Origin: Gordius albopunctatus
Taxonomy: Eukaryota
Length of the DNA stretch: 64,000 nucleotides
Direction of reading: 5' to 3'
Assembly: GCA_964276515.1 (NCBI GenBank)
Contig: OZ193909.1
Coordinates: 14,880,001 to 14,944,000, forward strand
Part shown: piece by piece, positions 50,146 to 64,000 of the stretch
Layout of the letters: each line of letters opens with the position of its first letter
Numbering within the stretch: position 1 is the first letter of the stretch
Position numbers and translations under genes: made by a program
The notes under the pieces: generated by a model
What the model saw: only the letters and a program-made list of their open reading frames with translations
What the model was told of the DNA's origin: nothing
The model's database searches: none

Positions 50146-53100
50146 GGCATTAAAAGGCGGCAATTTCTTAATTGATATTTACTGTATTGACCCTTACATA
50201 ACTATTCTTTTCTCCCCCACTACCCATTGACACCTAACAGGAGTTAAAGAGTCGTTTAGAAAAACATCTTTTGTTATGATGATATTGACATGTACAATCT
50301 CTTTAGCATTGATGGCGTGTGGTAAATTCTTGTTTATGCTGTAATACTCTGAATGACCATTGAGAGAGAAGACAATGCAGACATACTGGTGACTTCTTTC
50401 AACAATAGAATCTACTTTTAACACTGCGATGTTCAGGTGTTTAACGTTAAATATGCGATGGAAAAATAAAACCTTAATGACTTTTTACGTAAAAAAGATG
50501 TGTCTAATAACAAATAAAATAATTTAATCGCTTAAACCAATGACGTCGCGAGGGGAAGCAATACCAAGTCCATTTAGAAAATTAAATTTCTTTGGTTCAT
50601 TCAACTATTTATAAGTTGTTATTATAATATATATAATTTAATTTGGCTCGCTAAGCCCACCTTGAATCCAGTGAATTTTTAGCCGTCTATCTAGCTAATT
50701 TAACAAAGAAATATAAGCAGCGGTCCAGGGTTAGAGGTTTCTAAACAACGCTGTGAGATGCATTGATAAGGTGTAAGTCATTAATTTTTTTGTGATAAAG
50801 TCATTGGCGTAGCCAGAATTAGAATTAGAGGGGGGGGGCAATAATGATTTAGAGATAGGCAAAATAATCATCTTTTGAAATTTTAGTCATAATTTTATTA
50901 AGTTTCAACAAACTTTTGGATTTAGATGGGGCAGCCGCCCCTCCTTGCCACCCTTTGGCTATGCCCATGGTCTTGGTATATTTCAAGATCGCTATATTAA
51001 TTCTATTGCGTTTAGATTCGGTCACCGATAAATCAAGGATCAGTACCTACCACGCATAAATTTGTGGGCTGCATGTAGAGCCCTGCAAAAAGAATTTTTT
51101 CCCGAGCCCGGCCCGAACAACTTTTATTTTTGGCCCGGCCCGAGCCCGACCCAATTTTTCAAATAAAAAATTTTCTAAAATTATTTTTAAATTTGTGAAA
51201 ATTATTTTACCATATAAATACATAATGCATTAAATTGTTATTAATCGTAATTTACAACTAGGATAAGTTTGAAATAAAATTTTTATTTTTACACGCTACA
51301 ATTTATTCAGCCAATAATATAAAACTGGAAATCGAACTTTATAAAATATTTGTTATCTAACAATTCCAAATAAAAAACTTTTTAAAAAATTTTCTTATTT
51401 AATTACTAGAGTAATAGCTACTATGGATTTATTTAAAAACTAGAATAAAATTTGCAATTTAGGTAAAAATATTATAGACAAGAGAAAAAGCTGAAGCTTG
51501 GAAGCTATATTCTTAATGGTGTTGTACGAAGATAATTATTTAATATCAAGTTGAGTTTGTCTAAATCATATTTTATAAAAGATTAGTTTGCTTTAGTCAT
51601 ATCGGGCCGGGCTCGGGCATTAAGTCGGGCCGCCTCATCAGGCCCGACCCGAGCCCCGATTATTTTATTAAATTTTGCCCGAGCCCAGCCCGATCGTAGA
51701 CTTAGGATTTTTTTTAATATTAAATATATTCCATGTATATTGATTCACACTTTATACTTTAAATGTAAATCATGAAAATTAAAATACACAATAATTTACT
51801 AAAAACTAACAATCAATAAAAAGTCGAGATCTCGCCTAAAAAATCTCGTATCGTCTCGTCTCGACATCAAAATTCTCGTCTCAATCTCCAATCCATTTTT
51901 CAAATTCTCGTCACCGAGACGAGACGAGACCGATATTTTTCTCGGTTTTTCCGCATCACTACGAATTTAAACATTATAAGATCTAGCAAGTAACATGAAT
52001 TTTATTATTTTTATTTCATAATGAAGATGTAGGTTATCAGATACTAAAAATAATTATGATGTTATTGATTTTCAACAGACCTTTTTTAAAAAGTAATTAC
52101 ATTCAGGTTATAAATTTATGTTTTAGATATTGAAAATAAATTAGAGTCAAGACACCAATAGATAAAAATAGATTAATTATATTTTACAATCTTTTTAGAT
52201 TTAACTTTTAAGCCGAAAAGCAAACCTATTCAAGTGCAAACATCTATATCTATCCAACCCATGTTAAAATTTCCAAATTTACTAAAATGATGTCTTTACT
52301 CTATGCATTTTTAATATTATATAAAAACCTTATGATTTATAATGCAAGTTATGGTTAATAAAATAAATAATATCCCAATGCATTTTATACCAAATTGTTT
52401 ATTACTTTTTAATGATTTATGAATGTATTTAACACATTGAAGGACAGACGTTAACTAGTAGAAGTTTCCAGTAAATATTGGTTGGTAATAAATTTATATA
52501 AATAATTAGAAACTTTTATATACAATTTTGTATCTAATTTATATTACTTTAAAATAAGATTTAAAACAAAATTAATATTTAAAGAATTAATTAATGAAAC
52601 TGCTTGAATTATTTAATAAATTAATGTAAATTCAAAAAAAATTAAGTGTGTTAAGTAATTTATATCACCATAAAGTGAATATAAACATTTTTAAAAGAAT
52701 GACTTTATTGTAGCCTTTAGAAAAATGCAGATTTTGTTTACTAAAGGTCGTAATTCTTCAAAAGCAGAACAATTATTAAAAAAATTATTTAAATTCTTAT
52801 AACCTTTTTAAAATACTTATTATATTAGCTAAGTGTAAAATAACTATTATTCATGTTCGACAGGGGCCAAAGACTAGATGTCAGAGAAAGTTTCATCGCT
52901 GTATTTTGCATTTAAAATACCTAGTGTTTGGAGGAACTTTCTTTTTCACCAATTAAAAAATTTTCCCTTTACTCTAGAGTTGTATTATCAATAGGAAATT
53001 TAATGTAGTGATGCTTGAAAAGACCAGGTATATTGTCAACAATGAATTAATTAATTGGGGAATCAGATCTTTTTGCCAGAATACACACCTCTATGTCACA

Positions 53101-54336
53101 CATCCATGTGTTTAAAATTAAGAATCTCCCAATCGTTGATTTTTAAAATCGAGTTGTGCAGAAGCGAAGGGGGTGAATAGGTGGTCAAAAGGGGGGGGGG
53201 GCAAGGATGCAAAAGAGGGCGTCAAAAAGAGGAGTGGGTAAGGGGACAAAAGGAGGGGGGAATTGGGCAAAGAGGGAGGCAAAAAAATAAATTTTTTTGC
53301 AGGGAAATTGTATATTTGAAGCTAAGATACCATAAATGCCTAAACCTGAAAGCACAAAAATAAAAATAGATTTTGGCCGGGGTCTAGATATGCAACGCTC
53401 ATCATTAATTGGAATTGTTTAGACAGTTCCGTAATTATCCGTTATAAAGCAACAACCCAGACAAATTTCCAAAGAAATTTATAAATAAAGTTAATCAGTT
53501 GGTCCCATAAATAATAATAGAATTTGGGATCGGGTGAGGTCGAAATCAAAGCCAATCAGCGGTCATTAGCTAGTCTATTTGCGAAAGCAAAATAAAAGTC
53601 TTTCACAGAAGTATAAGTCCACAGCCATTAAATACCCGTATAAGTTTCTACGGTAAGCGAGTATTCATATAAATTGAAGCTGTTTAAAGGTTGATAAAGT
53701 TACTCGAAATGATTAATACTTAATTTCATATTTTAATATATTTATATAAAAACCGTTTTATTGAACATGAATAATATCTAAAAGTAACCAGGTTTGGGGT
53801 AAAAATAAAAATGTCGAAATATGCACAAATTTGACCTCCAATTTTTCATATTTTGATGAATCGTTCAAAAAACAGTCTAACAAAATTATTTTAGTAGTGC
53901 TGCTCTTAAAAACGGTGAATTGTAAGATATTAAAAAAATTGAATGTCTGTTGTATATTCAAAATTAATGATGAGGGGTGTGAATTAAGATATATGAATAG
54001 GTAACCAATGATCGAGTTTATATATTCAAATAATAAAGGTTAAGCTATATAAATAGGTAACCATAGAGTAATATAAATTTTTATCATTTGACATATTAAA
54101 AATTTAATGTGTTATTCCCCACATACATATATCTCTTACTTATCAGAAAAAAAAGAATCCATAATATCAATTGCTATCATTAGTCTCATTTAATTTTGTA
54201 AAATTATTATCTTACCAAAATGTTATATATATGATAAAATCTATCATAATTTTGTACTATTTTATGTGCTATGTAACTTAATTATAACATATACAAGTAA
54301 TAATGAGCATGTTTATCTATTAATTTCTTGTAAATA

Positions 54337-55897
54337 TTACACTTTTATTGCATCGAGTTCATTTAACAAATCGTCGATTTTGGGTAAGGGGTACTGCAAC
54401 TCTTGTGCGTATTTATTAACCGTAAACCGGTAGTCTATACATAATCGCAGAGTCCCATCGCTCTTTTTCACGGGTACCACTGGACTGGCCCATCTTGAGA
54501 AATCGATTGGTTCTATCACCCCGTCTCTGACCCATCTATTCAGCTCTTCTTCTACTTCTTTCTTCCACGCCATCGGCACCCTTTGAGCGGGGATAAATAC
54601 GGGATCTATGCCCTCTTTTAACGGTACTTCCACCGTTATTCCCTTGACTGCTTGTGGGAATTTGTTTAGCTGGCCATCCCATTGCTTCATCACGTGCTGG
54701 ATCGCGGTCTTGGTATCCTTCGGTTTTTCTACGTAATTGACCGGGAACCGTTCCGCCGCAGCTCGCGAGTTCCAACGTATTTTACACCAGATTTCGGGCT
54801 CACTTGTATCCAATCGATCCCGCATAGCGGCGGCCCCGCTACGTCTGCTAGCAATAATGACAGATGTTTCCTCGTGTTCCCTAATCGGACATCGGCTTGT
54901 ACTTTTGCTACAATCTTTATTTCCCCGTGGCCGTACGAGTACACCGTCGGGACGGCCTCTTTGCTGCGTGGGATCTCCTTCGCCCATCTTCGCGCCGGTA
55001 ATATCGAAACCGTAGCGCCGGTATCGAAGATAAATTGGAACAACTCGTTATTAATATATATATCAACTGTTAACACATCTAAAGCATGGTTTAACCTGGG
55101 AATCCGGACCGGCCCAGGCCACGCTTCTCGTCTCGCCACTACGCTCCACGCCTCTTCGGACCCGTCCTGCAAGGTGCTTAGCCCGCCATCTATCGTCTCG
55201 GCCGTTAATGCCAGCTCTCGTAGGCAGTCCCATTTGATGTCATTTTCTGCCAACAGTCTCGCCTGTAGGCTTCTACCGCGCAATCCTATAATGAATTGGT
55301 CGACGATTCTGTTCTGCATTTCTTCGTTTCCGAAGTTGCAGCTGTTAGCCCCGGCCTTGAGTCTATTAGCGTACGCGTCTATCGTCTCTCCCTGGCCTTG
55401 TCGAACCTTTGAGAATTCGTACCTCTTTGCCCTCGCACATGAATTCCTCTGGAATAATTTCCTTAACCGATTTTTCGCTTCTTCGTATGTAATTCCTGTC
55501 AACTCTTGCGGTCTATAATCCTCTAGTATTAATTGGAATGCATCCCCCTCGAGGCTGGTTAATAATAGCGCGGCTTTTTGCTCATCTGTCTCCGTCTTAT
55601 TGTTCCTAAGGAATAAATTGAGTTATGAAAGCGTCGATGTTAGCCGTTGTTTTATATTTCTGCATCTCCGTGTAGGTTTCGCCACGATGCCACTGTTAAG
55701 GGCTAGATCTATATTCACATAAACTATTAGGACTGGGATACAATAATCGAAAAGTGACCTGGCGTATATAACAAACGCATATATAAGTTAAAACTAATTA
55801 ACGATAATTTGCTTGACAACACGCAGGTAAATACCGTAACCACGCAGGTAAATAACGTATCCCCGGAGGCACTTCGCATTCCTATTACCTCTCTACA
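54337..55897 (-). mobile_element. 3'-truncated Gypsy/Ty3 element: LTR (55897-55694), PBS, gag, protease and start of RT
   Basis: TGTAG...TAACA LTR followed by G-TGGCATCGTGG. Gag RQGQGETIDAY..RL...A..CNFG, protease FDTGATVS, RT WASPVVPVKKSDGTLRLCIDYR...YPLPKIDDL. Frameshift after the protease. Confidence 0.9.
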
Positions 55898-58261
55898 GAT
55901 ATCAAACTAATATTATATGTAAACACACATATTGATAGTTATAAGACAGTCAATTCACTAAATCATATGCAAATAAATATAAAGGGACGCATTTTGAGAT
56001 TCTTTTAGTTTATTTATAATTATCAGCAATTTAAAGTATACTTGTATATGTCTAAATTTGCTATCCATATTTTTTTATTAACATAAACTAATATCATATG
56101 TAGACGCGCTATATTATATGCAATTGTTTATAAAATAATAGCTTATTCATTTTAATATATTTTTAATTAATAATATTATATATATCAGCTTTTAATTAGC
56201 TATTTAAAATTCTAATATTAGTTTTTTGTCTAGTCTGTAAACTGGATTTTTTTTGAATAGCTTTTTTTGAATAAGATTCACATTGCAAGATTTACGAGCG
56301 GCAATGACATTTCACAGAAAAAGCTTCTAACTAGCTACGCCCTATATTTTTTTCCAAAGCTTGCGTTATGTTAAAGTCATACAGAGTGAATTAACATTTT
56401 TCGGATTATCAAATTAGGTTCGGCTTTTTAAAAATTAATAAATTACTTCGTGCCAAATTTATAATTCATTAATCGAAGGGGTAAGAAGCGATTTTAATAA
56501 TAAATTTTTTTTTAATTTTTGGATGAAAATAGAACAAATTAATGTAATATAAAATTATACCAAAAATTATTACATCTCATATCAAATAACTCTTGACTTT
56601 AATTTTTTATTTTTTTGCTATTGATTGTCAGCATTGTTACAATTTGTTTAATATGCATAACTCAATTTTAAGGTGACAAAAAGTCCCTATTTAATTGTGG
56701 GATTTTTTAAAATCCTAATGGTTTTAAGAAGACACTCCATAAATAAAATGGGATTAAAGAGTAATTTTATAATGGATAATTTATTAAATGTCCATTTAAA
56801 CATCTGACAAAATCTGCGAATTATAAGTTAATTAGCTAAAATTATGCATCTTTATTATTTCACAATATATAAAAACCACCTCTTTTCGAAGCTAAAACTA
56901 CGCCATAGATTTATATATATATAAAGCACATATTTTAGGGATTTACAATGTGCAAAACAGGGTGAGACATTGTAGTAAAAGTTAGTTGGATAAACATTTT
57001 AATAAGTTTAAACCTTTTGCAGGAAATTGGAAAAAATGATGAAATTTTAAAAATTGTTAGCTTCAAGGGCCTGGAAATAAAATTATTCTATATGGCAAAC
57101 TGCCTTGTTTAAGGGCTAAACCTATTTTTCCTTATAAACTTGAAACCTTAACCGAGAAAATTTTTTATTTAATCTTAAAATAAAATTGGAAAGACAAAAT
57201 ACTGCATTTGTATTATAGGTGTTCTTGGCTATGTATTCATTTGCGCAAGATCCTAATTTGGGTTTCAAAATCAACTTTTTCTAATTTCTATTTTATTAAG
57301 GATCACGAGAGCTTGCTGTCCCAAAAAGAGGATTAATATCATTGAATTTACGTTATTTATTGTCAAAGAACAGATGAAAAAAATTTCTTTAATTAAAACT
57401 CTTGTTATAGGGTTTAAAAATATTACCACGTATTAGGTTAGGTCATTAGATTTTCATGGTTAAAAAATTCAAAATTATCACAAATTTAGCTATGGCTGGA
57501 GGCGGGTCGTAAATTTTTTTTACTGACATTTGCATTATATATGTCAAAGAATAGGGTTTTTTATCCGGACTTGAGTGGTAACAAATCCGATAATTCTATC
57601 CCTGGGCAGAATTTAATAAAGTCCGATCTGAGGGCTGAGCCCGGCCCGAAATTTAACTAAAGCAAAATTATCCTTTATAAAATAGGATTTAAATATATTT
57701 AACTCGATTGCAAATAATTATATTCGCACAGCGTAAATAATATAGCTTCCAAACTTCAGCTTTTTTCACTCCCCATTATATTTTGACCTAAATCGCAATA
57801 CTATTTTAGTATTTAAATATATTCAGATAACCTGTTTAAATTTTAGAAATAAAATAGATAAATATTTCAACAAGTTTTTTATTTGGAAATATTAAAATAT
57901 ATTTTATAAAGTTAGATCTTTTGATTTAAATTATTAGCTAAATAAATTGCAGGAAGTAAAAATAAATTTTTTATTTTAAACTTATCCTAGTTGTAAATTA
58001 AGAGAGTAATAACAATTGAATCATTTTATATTCATAATAATTTTCAATAATCAAAATTTCTAAAAGTTTTATTAAAAAATCGGGTCGGGCTCGAGTCGGG
58101 CCAAGAATAAAAAAAACTTTCGGAGGCCGGGCTCGAGCAAAATAAAAATTGAGACGTCGGGCTCGGGCCGAAGAAATTTAATTTTACATAGCTCGAAACA
58201 TATTCCAAAAATGCTGCCTAATGTAAAGTGGTGTTTGTCATCATTTGACTTTGCGGTACAT

Positions 58262-59963
58262 GTATGCCTAAATATAAATAATACAAGCACTTTTATTATT
58301 TCAATATCGTATTTTACACTTTTTAGCAAAAATGAATAATAAGCGGCTGGTTATCGTCCAAGGGAAAAATTTGGATGATAAAGCTCCAAAAGATCTCCAT
58401 TTTTTGGTATACTTTTAATTATATTAAATTATTGTATTTTTTAGTTTTATGACTGTGGTGGCTACGTTATAACTCATATGGCTCATAAAGCTATATTAGC
58501 AATGATGAGTTCCATATTTCAGACAATATTTTACGGACTTTGTCTATTTCCGAAACCGTTGAAAAAATAACTATTGTGCCAATCAAGGATATTCTTACCC
58601 GTGTTTTTGTCAAATTATTGGATTAAATTAATATTTTGATTCTTCGTTTATTGTGCCTCTCAATTTTTAGTTTCATTTGCCACGAAGATAAATTACTAGA
58701 CAGTTTCATGGATGTTGGTGATGTGGGACCCTTGGAACGTGCCGAATCTTTGAATGACCTTTTGTACGCTGCTAAGAAATATATGTTAGATGACATTAAA
58801 ACAGCAACTGCTCGCAATATAAATTCTTGTGTAGTTTTACAGAACGCTTATTACCTTTTGCGCCAAGGAAATTTATATCATGAGGAAATTTGTTGCGATG
58901 CTTGCTGGAAGGTATAAAATTACATTTGTTTAATACAGTTACAACTATACTTTGTTCTAACTAACTAATATACATGGGCCTAGCCAGTATTGGATTTAGA
59001 GGGGGCAATAATGATTTAGGGAGGGGCAAAATGATAATTTTTAAAATTTTAGCCATAATTTTAATAAGTTTTTTTTTGATTTCGAGGGGGGCAGCCGCTC
59101 TTCCCTGCCCCCCCCCCCCGGCTAGGCCCATGCATATGACTGTAAATATTTGTGAGATGTCTTTGATAACAAAACATTTAATTTTAACTATATCTATTTC
59201 GTAGGTATTGTGGAAAGAAGGTGAAGCATTTATAAAAACTAGTTCATTTTTGAATATGACATCAGAAGATCTATTGAACTTTCTGACCTCTTATGACCTT
59301 ATTGCAAAAGAAATAAATTTATTTCAAGCTGTTTTAAAATGGGCCTATAATAACGTTAAAAGGGTTAAGGTAGACGGATTCATCTGTTCTAGTGATATCA
59401 GATCATTTTTAGGAGAGGATATTATCCAAGCTATTAGATACCCGCTCATTAGTGTAGACTATTTAATCAAGAAGAAATAATAGAAATCCTTTTATGTTAT
59501 CTTGGAAAAATAAGAACATGTAAATTAATTACATTAGATTACAAGTTTAGAAAACAAAACGTGGAATCCCTTTTTTGCCCATATCGTTTCTAAGGATAAG
59601 TTAAAGTCCTATCCCGTCAAAAATTCCTTTTCTGTAAAGACACGCAATATATATACTTAATCCATGGTCTAAAAGATATGATATCAAGATATATGATCAA
59701 AATAAAAGTCTTTGACTAATAGTTGTATACACTATAATCCTAATAAACACACCGAATCTTATGTGAAAGTGGAGATTAGTCCCATACACATTTTCCACAA
59801 ATTTTTGGATACGCAACGGTATAAGGTGTGCATGTCCCCGCCAATAAAATCTATCTATAAAATGGACTCTTATGGTTACATAAAATATGGGTCCGCAGTT
59901 ATTAGTCCAAATAACGATATGCCTATTAACTACTTGTACGGATTAGTTTTGGGAAATGAATGA
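58262..59963 (+). pseudogene. BTB/POZ-BACK protein (BTBD1/2/3/6-like), apparently disrupted
   Basis: AHKAILAMMSSIFQTIFYG, LLYAAKKYML, KEINLFQAVLKWA and IRYPLIS. Frameshift near 58545-58575, expected donor at about 58623 reads TT, and stop codons follow 59480. Confidence 0.7.
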
Positions 59964-60398
59964 TGAAATCAACGCCATTTTTATCTTACAAATCTAGTAT
60001 TCTTATGAAATACATTGATCCTTTATAGTTTTTTAGTAATAACAAATAAATGTTATAGGTACTCAATAAATTTATTATTACATTAAATATGCACTTCTTG
60101 ACCATGTTAGAGCGCATAAATAACACTCATTATCATAACTAGTATTGTCGTGTCAATTAGAAAATGGTGAGATTAGCTTCATTTGTTAAACCATTTTATT
60201 GACGCTAAATTTTCCACAAGACAGCAGTAATACAGAGGATTGTTTGCAAACCTTTCATGTTAAAAATTATTATAGGTTGGCTCAAAGTTAAATTACAATC
60301 CTTGGTTTCGTGTAGAGAACTGCACGGGTGACCCGACCCGGAACCGACCCGATAATATGCTTTTGGGTCGGGTTGGATTTAAAGTGTCGGGTCAAGGG

Positions 60399-61302
60399 TA
60401 GAGCCCTGTACGGGCGGGCTCGGGAAAAATTTAATAAAAGAATTGGGCCTCGGGCTCAGGTCGGGCCTGATGAGGCGACCCGACTTAAGGCCCGAGCCCG
60501 CCCCGATATGACTAAAGCAAATTAATCTTTTATAAAATATGAATTAAACAAACTTAACTCGATATTAGATAATTATCTTCGTACTGTAGTGTAGCGTCAG
60601 TCAAGGTTGCATTTTGAATACACGCGTTTTTTCCTGTACTTGAGAGTGGTCACAGACATTTGATTATACGCGTAGCGATTTGAATACACCTTAGTTTACA
60701 CCGTACTTAGTATCTCTTATTTGATTTCTACTTTTATATATGTCCTTCGCTATCCTAATAAAAGAGTCTTTATCTCTTGATTTAGTCTCTTGGTTTAGAA
60801 TTTGAGTTTAGTGTTATATCCCCCGGCCACTTCATTACAACTACACCCATACACAATATAGCTTCCAAGCTTCAGCTTTTTCCCCCTGTCTATAATATTT
60901 TGACCTAAATTGCAAATCTTATTCTAGTATTTAAATAAATTCATAGTAGCTATTACTTTAGGAATTAAATAAGGAAATTTTTAGAAAGTTTTTTATTTGG
61001 AATTGTTAGATAACAAATATTTTATAAAGTTCGATTTCCAGTTTTATATTATTGGCTGAATAAATTGTAGCGAGTGAAAATGAAAATTTTATTTCAAACT
61101 TATCCTAGTTATAAATTACGATTAATACCAATTTAATGCATTATGTATTTATATGGTAAAGTATTTTATTTGAAAAATCGAGCCGCGCTCAGGTCGGGCC
61201 AAAAATTAAAAAGTCGTTCGGGCCGGGCTCGGGCAAAATAAAAACTGAGACGTCGGGCTCGAGCCGGGCTCGTGAAGAAAAAATTCATTTTTCAGGGCTC
61301 TA
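60399..61302. mobile_element. hAT-like MITE containing a solo LTR (60585-60839), itself inserted in another hAT-like element starting at 60313
   Basis: TIR TAGAGCCCTG, 8-bp TSD GTCAAGGG (60391-60398, 61303-61310). The sister copy at 51076-51700 lacks the LTR. Confidence 0.85.
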
Positions 61303-63201
61303 GTCAAGGGTTATGAATCTTACATTGCAGAATACGCGGGGCATATCTTTAAATAAATATCGAAAATTATAATTGAAGATCATTGATTAAAATTCCTTTT
61401 GTTTTTTTGAATCTGGTTGTTTTAATTTGGACGCAAATTTAAATTTGACCCGTGAAGGTAAAATATATCAACAAACATGGGCGTAGCCAGCATTGGGATT
61501 AGAGGGGGGGGGCAATAATGATAGTTTTTTGAAATTTTAGTCATAATTTAAATAAATTTCAACAAATTTTTGCATTTAGAGGGGGGCAGCCGCCCATTCC
61601 TGCCCCCCCGGCTACGCCCATGTCAACAAAATAATATTTTTAAATTGTATTTAAATAGTGAGAAGTTGTAGTTTATTATTAATTTAAACTACATAAATAT
61701 ATATTCATAAAACAAATAAGATTATGTTTAAATTTATTAAATGATTCATTTGCAAAACTCAATATTTCAAATTGAATGTGACCAGATATTGTATGCTATC
61801 CTATATATATATTATATCTATAAATAAATAATAAATTTACTAATCAAAATCTGTGGAATCAATTATTTTCATGTCGATTAAATTTTAAACAACGTCATGG
61901 GAATAGCCAGGAAATTGAAATTGATGATTAAGGGGGCATTTTTTTTAATTTTAGACAAAGCCCGTCCCTGCCACCCCCTGGCTACGCCCATGCAAACCGC
62001 AATTTTTATTACTCTCGCGTTTTATACCAAAATTTGAAAAACGTTCGAAAGAGATTCGGTTAAAATTTTTTTAAATCTTTTGGGTGGGGCCGGGTCGGGT
62101 TCGGGTTGAAAATTTTAAATTGCATTTGGGTCGGGTTCGGGTTGAAATTTTAAAAATGATTTTGGGTCGGGTTTGGGCGGAAAAATTTAAAATGCTTTAG
62201 GGTCGGGTCGGTTTCGGGTTGAAAAAAAGTGACTTTGCAATGCGAGGACCAACAGCCTCGTATCTCTGCCACATTTCATGGGAAGTATGGCAGAGGGGCC
62301 TGTCATATCCATGAGAAACTATCAAAAAGGGACCAGCCCTTATAAGGCATGGGCACGTGATAAGATAAAAAAAAAACGAAGGGAGAAGAAGGTTACCGAA
62401 ATTTGGGTTGGTAGTTAAATAGTACAAGGATACAGCTATAAATTAAGACTTGGCCCGAAAGAAGTAGCAAAGAGAAGCAAGGATACAACAAACCCTGGTA
62501 ATAAATATCGAATTGGCACAAGACTGTCAGCCGAAGTTTCCAAAGGCATTGTAAAAACCTTGGAAGTGGAGGGCCATTCATCACGAAATTGGCGCGGTAA
62601 AATGGGTCGAGAAGAAAAGAAGTTTCAAGAATCAAGATACGAGCCAGAAAAATAAACCTATATAAGCCCCAATAAAATCGATACTGGAGAGAATGAGAAT
62701 TTTCTCTCAAAGTTAATTAATTAATTTCTCGCATAGAAAAGTCGTTCCAAAATAATCTTTACTAGACTTGGTGTTATTTCCCCCTTGTAATCGCTAAAAT
62801 TATATCCCCGCGCTTTATTGTGGTGTTAACAATTATTTCAGCGTACTTCAATTATATACCTTGTCCGGAATTGTATCATAGTTATTTGAGTGAATAAACT
62901 AGTATTTGGAGTATCACAGATTTCGTGAATAATCGTACAAATATATAATTCCCTCTTTTGGCGGAGGATGTAAAAGTGGTGCCCCGGTTATACTCGTACA
63001 AGAGTCAACCTTAAGATTGAACACAACGTACAAAACACAACCGCAAGACTCAACCGCAATCAGACGCGATCATAACAGACGAAATTCGTAATGGACACAC
63101 ACGGGAACCAGCGTTATAAAAAGGTATGTTAATTTATCATATAATATTTTTCGTGATTTTATTAATTTCATTAATTATTAATTTAAAAAATATATATAAA
63201 C

Positions 63202-63429
63202 ATGTTTGGTAAAAGCGATAATCGACTTTATTTAAGAAATTTGTTTGGTGATTTATATCAATATATTGATTACCTTGTTATTTTGATATTGGGCATTTTA
63301 ATTGGACAGGTAATTAATAAATTAAACAAGATAGTGAGGTGCTTTACGTGCGGAAACACAAATCATTTGCAGCGTAATTGTTATTTTAATAATAAGCAAT
63401 TAAGTAATCCAAACCAAAGTAAAAAATAA
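63202..63429 (+). mobile_element. Gag-like CCHC zinc knuckle remnant
   Basis: CFTCGNTNHLQRNC (CX2CX4HX4C); a PBS-like TGGTGCCCCG lies at about 62977. Confidence 0.45.
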
Positions 63430-64000
63430 TGTGCAATTACTAATAATATAAAAAATAATTGTTAGCACTTTCCCCATAATGTTCGTAACCCCCCTGCTCT
63501 TGCTTTTATAAGGATGCGGTTTGTCGATTAAAATATTAATATATGTTGAATTTGTTATATAATATAAAATATTAATTATCATAATAAATTTTATTGATTT
63601 TATCGCATAATATGTTTATTGTTCAATTTGCATGGAATATATTCATATTGATATGTATAAATAAAAAATTTTTGACTACTAGTGTTGAACTTTGATTTTG
63701 ATCAAAAAAAAATAATAATAAACGGTATCATTAGCATGAAGAATTTAAAGTAAAAGGGCATAGTAAAAAATTAATAAAGGATTAATAGAAATTTTAACAC
63801 GTTGAACAAATTATTTTGGGGTTTGCAACTTTTTATTAAAATCATGATAAATATAGTGCAGTTTGGTACTTTGAAAATAAATGTGAGGCATAACACACTT
63901 AAACGGGACAAATATTATTCTTCTAAAAACACTTTTAATATACAAAAAAATTGTATATTTTATAAAGAAACTCAAAAAGGGTATTTTTCATATATTTTGG

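Noticed and set aside
50194..50424. 76-aa ORF upstream of the homeobox gene
   Set aside because: No ATG-supported start or recognisable motifs; more likely promoter or non-coding sequence.
54682..55518. 278-aa plus-strand ORF
   Set aside because: Antisense shadow of the GC-rich gag/protease frame, with no recognisable motifs.
62240..62710. Possible reverse transcriptase remnant on the minus strand
   Set aside because: Only a faint NAF-like motif amid many stops; it cannot be supported without a profile search.

Overview
AT-rich eukaryotic (metazoan, probably invertebrate) genomic DNA with very short spliceosomal introns (34-45 nt are common) and dense, nested transposable elements. Recognisable host genes: the 5' end of urocanate hydratase (UROC1, -), ribosomal protein S17 (+) whose second intron hosts a SNORD59/snR54-like box C/D snoRNA, a USP36/42-family deubiquitinase (+), a small Gln/Gly/Pro/Met-rich two-exon orphan gene (-), a divergent kinesin-associated protein 3 (KIFAP3/KAP3, -), an NK-like homeobox gene (-) and a probably decayed BTB-BACK gene (+). 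Most of the rest is TE-derived. It includes a 10.4-kb hAT-type unit with nested MULE, hAT, Helitron and RLE-LINE pieces, a chimeric LTR block carrying a non-env third ORF, Gypsy gag-pol remnants, solo LTRs, P-like, hAT-like and Mutator-like MITEs, a tRNA-derived SINE, and a near-perfect 183-bp TG...CA hairpin with a 5-bp target-site duplication (TSD). No prokaryotic features or CRISPR arrays are supported. Family assignments come from motif recognition by eye, not database searches.
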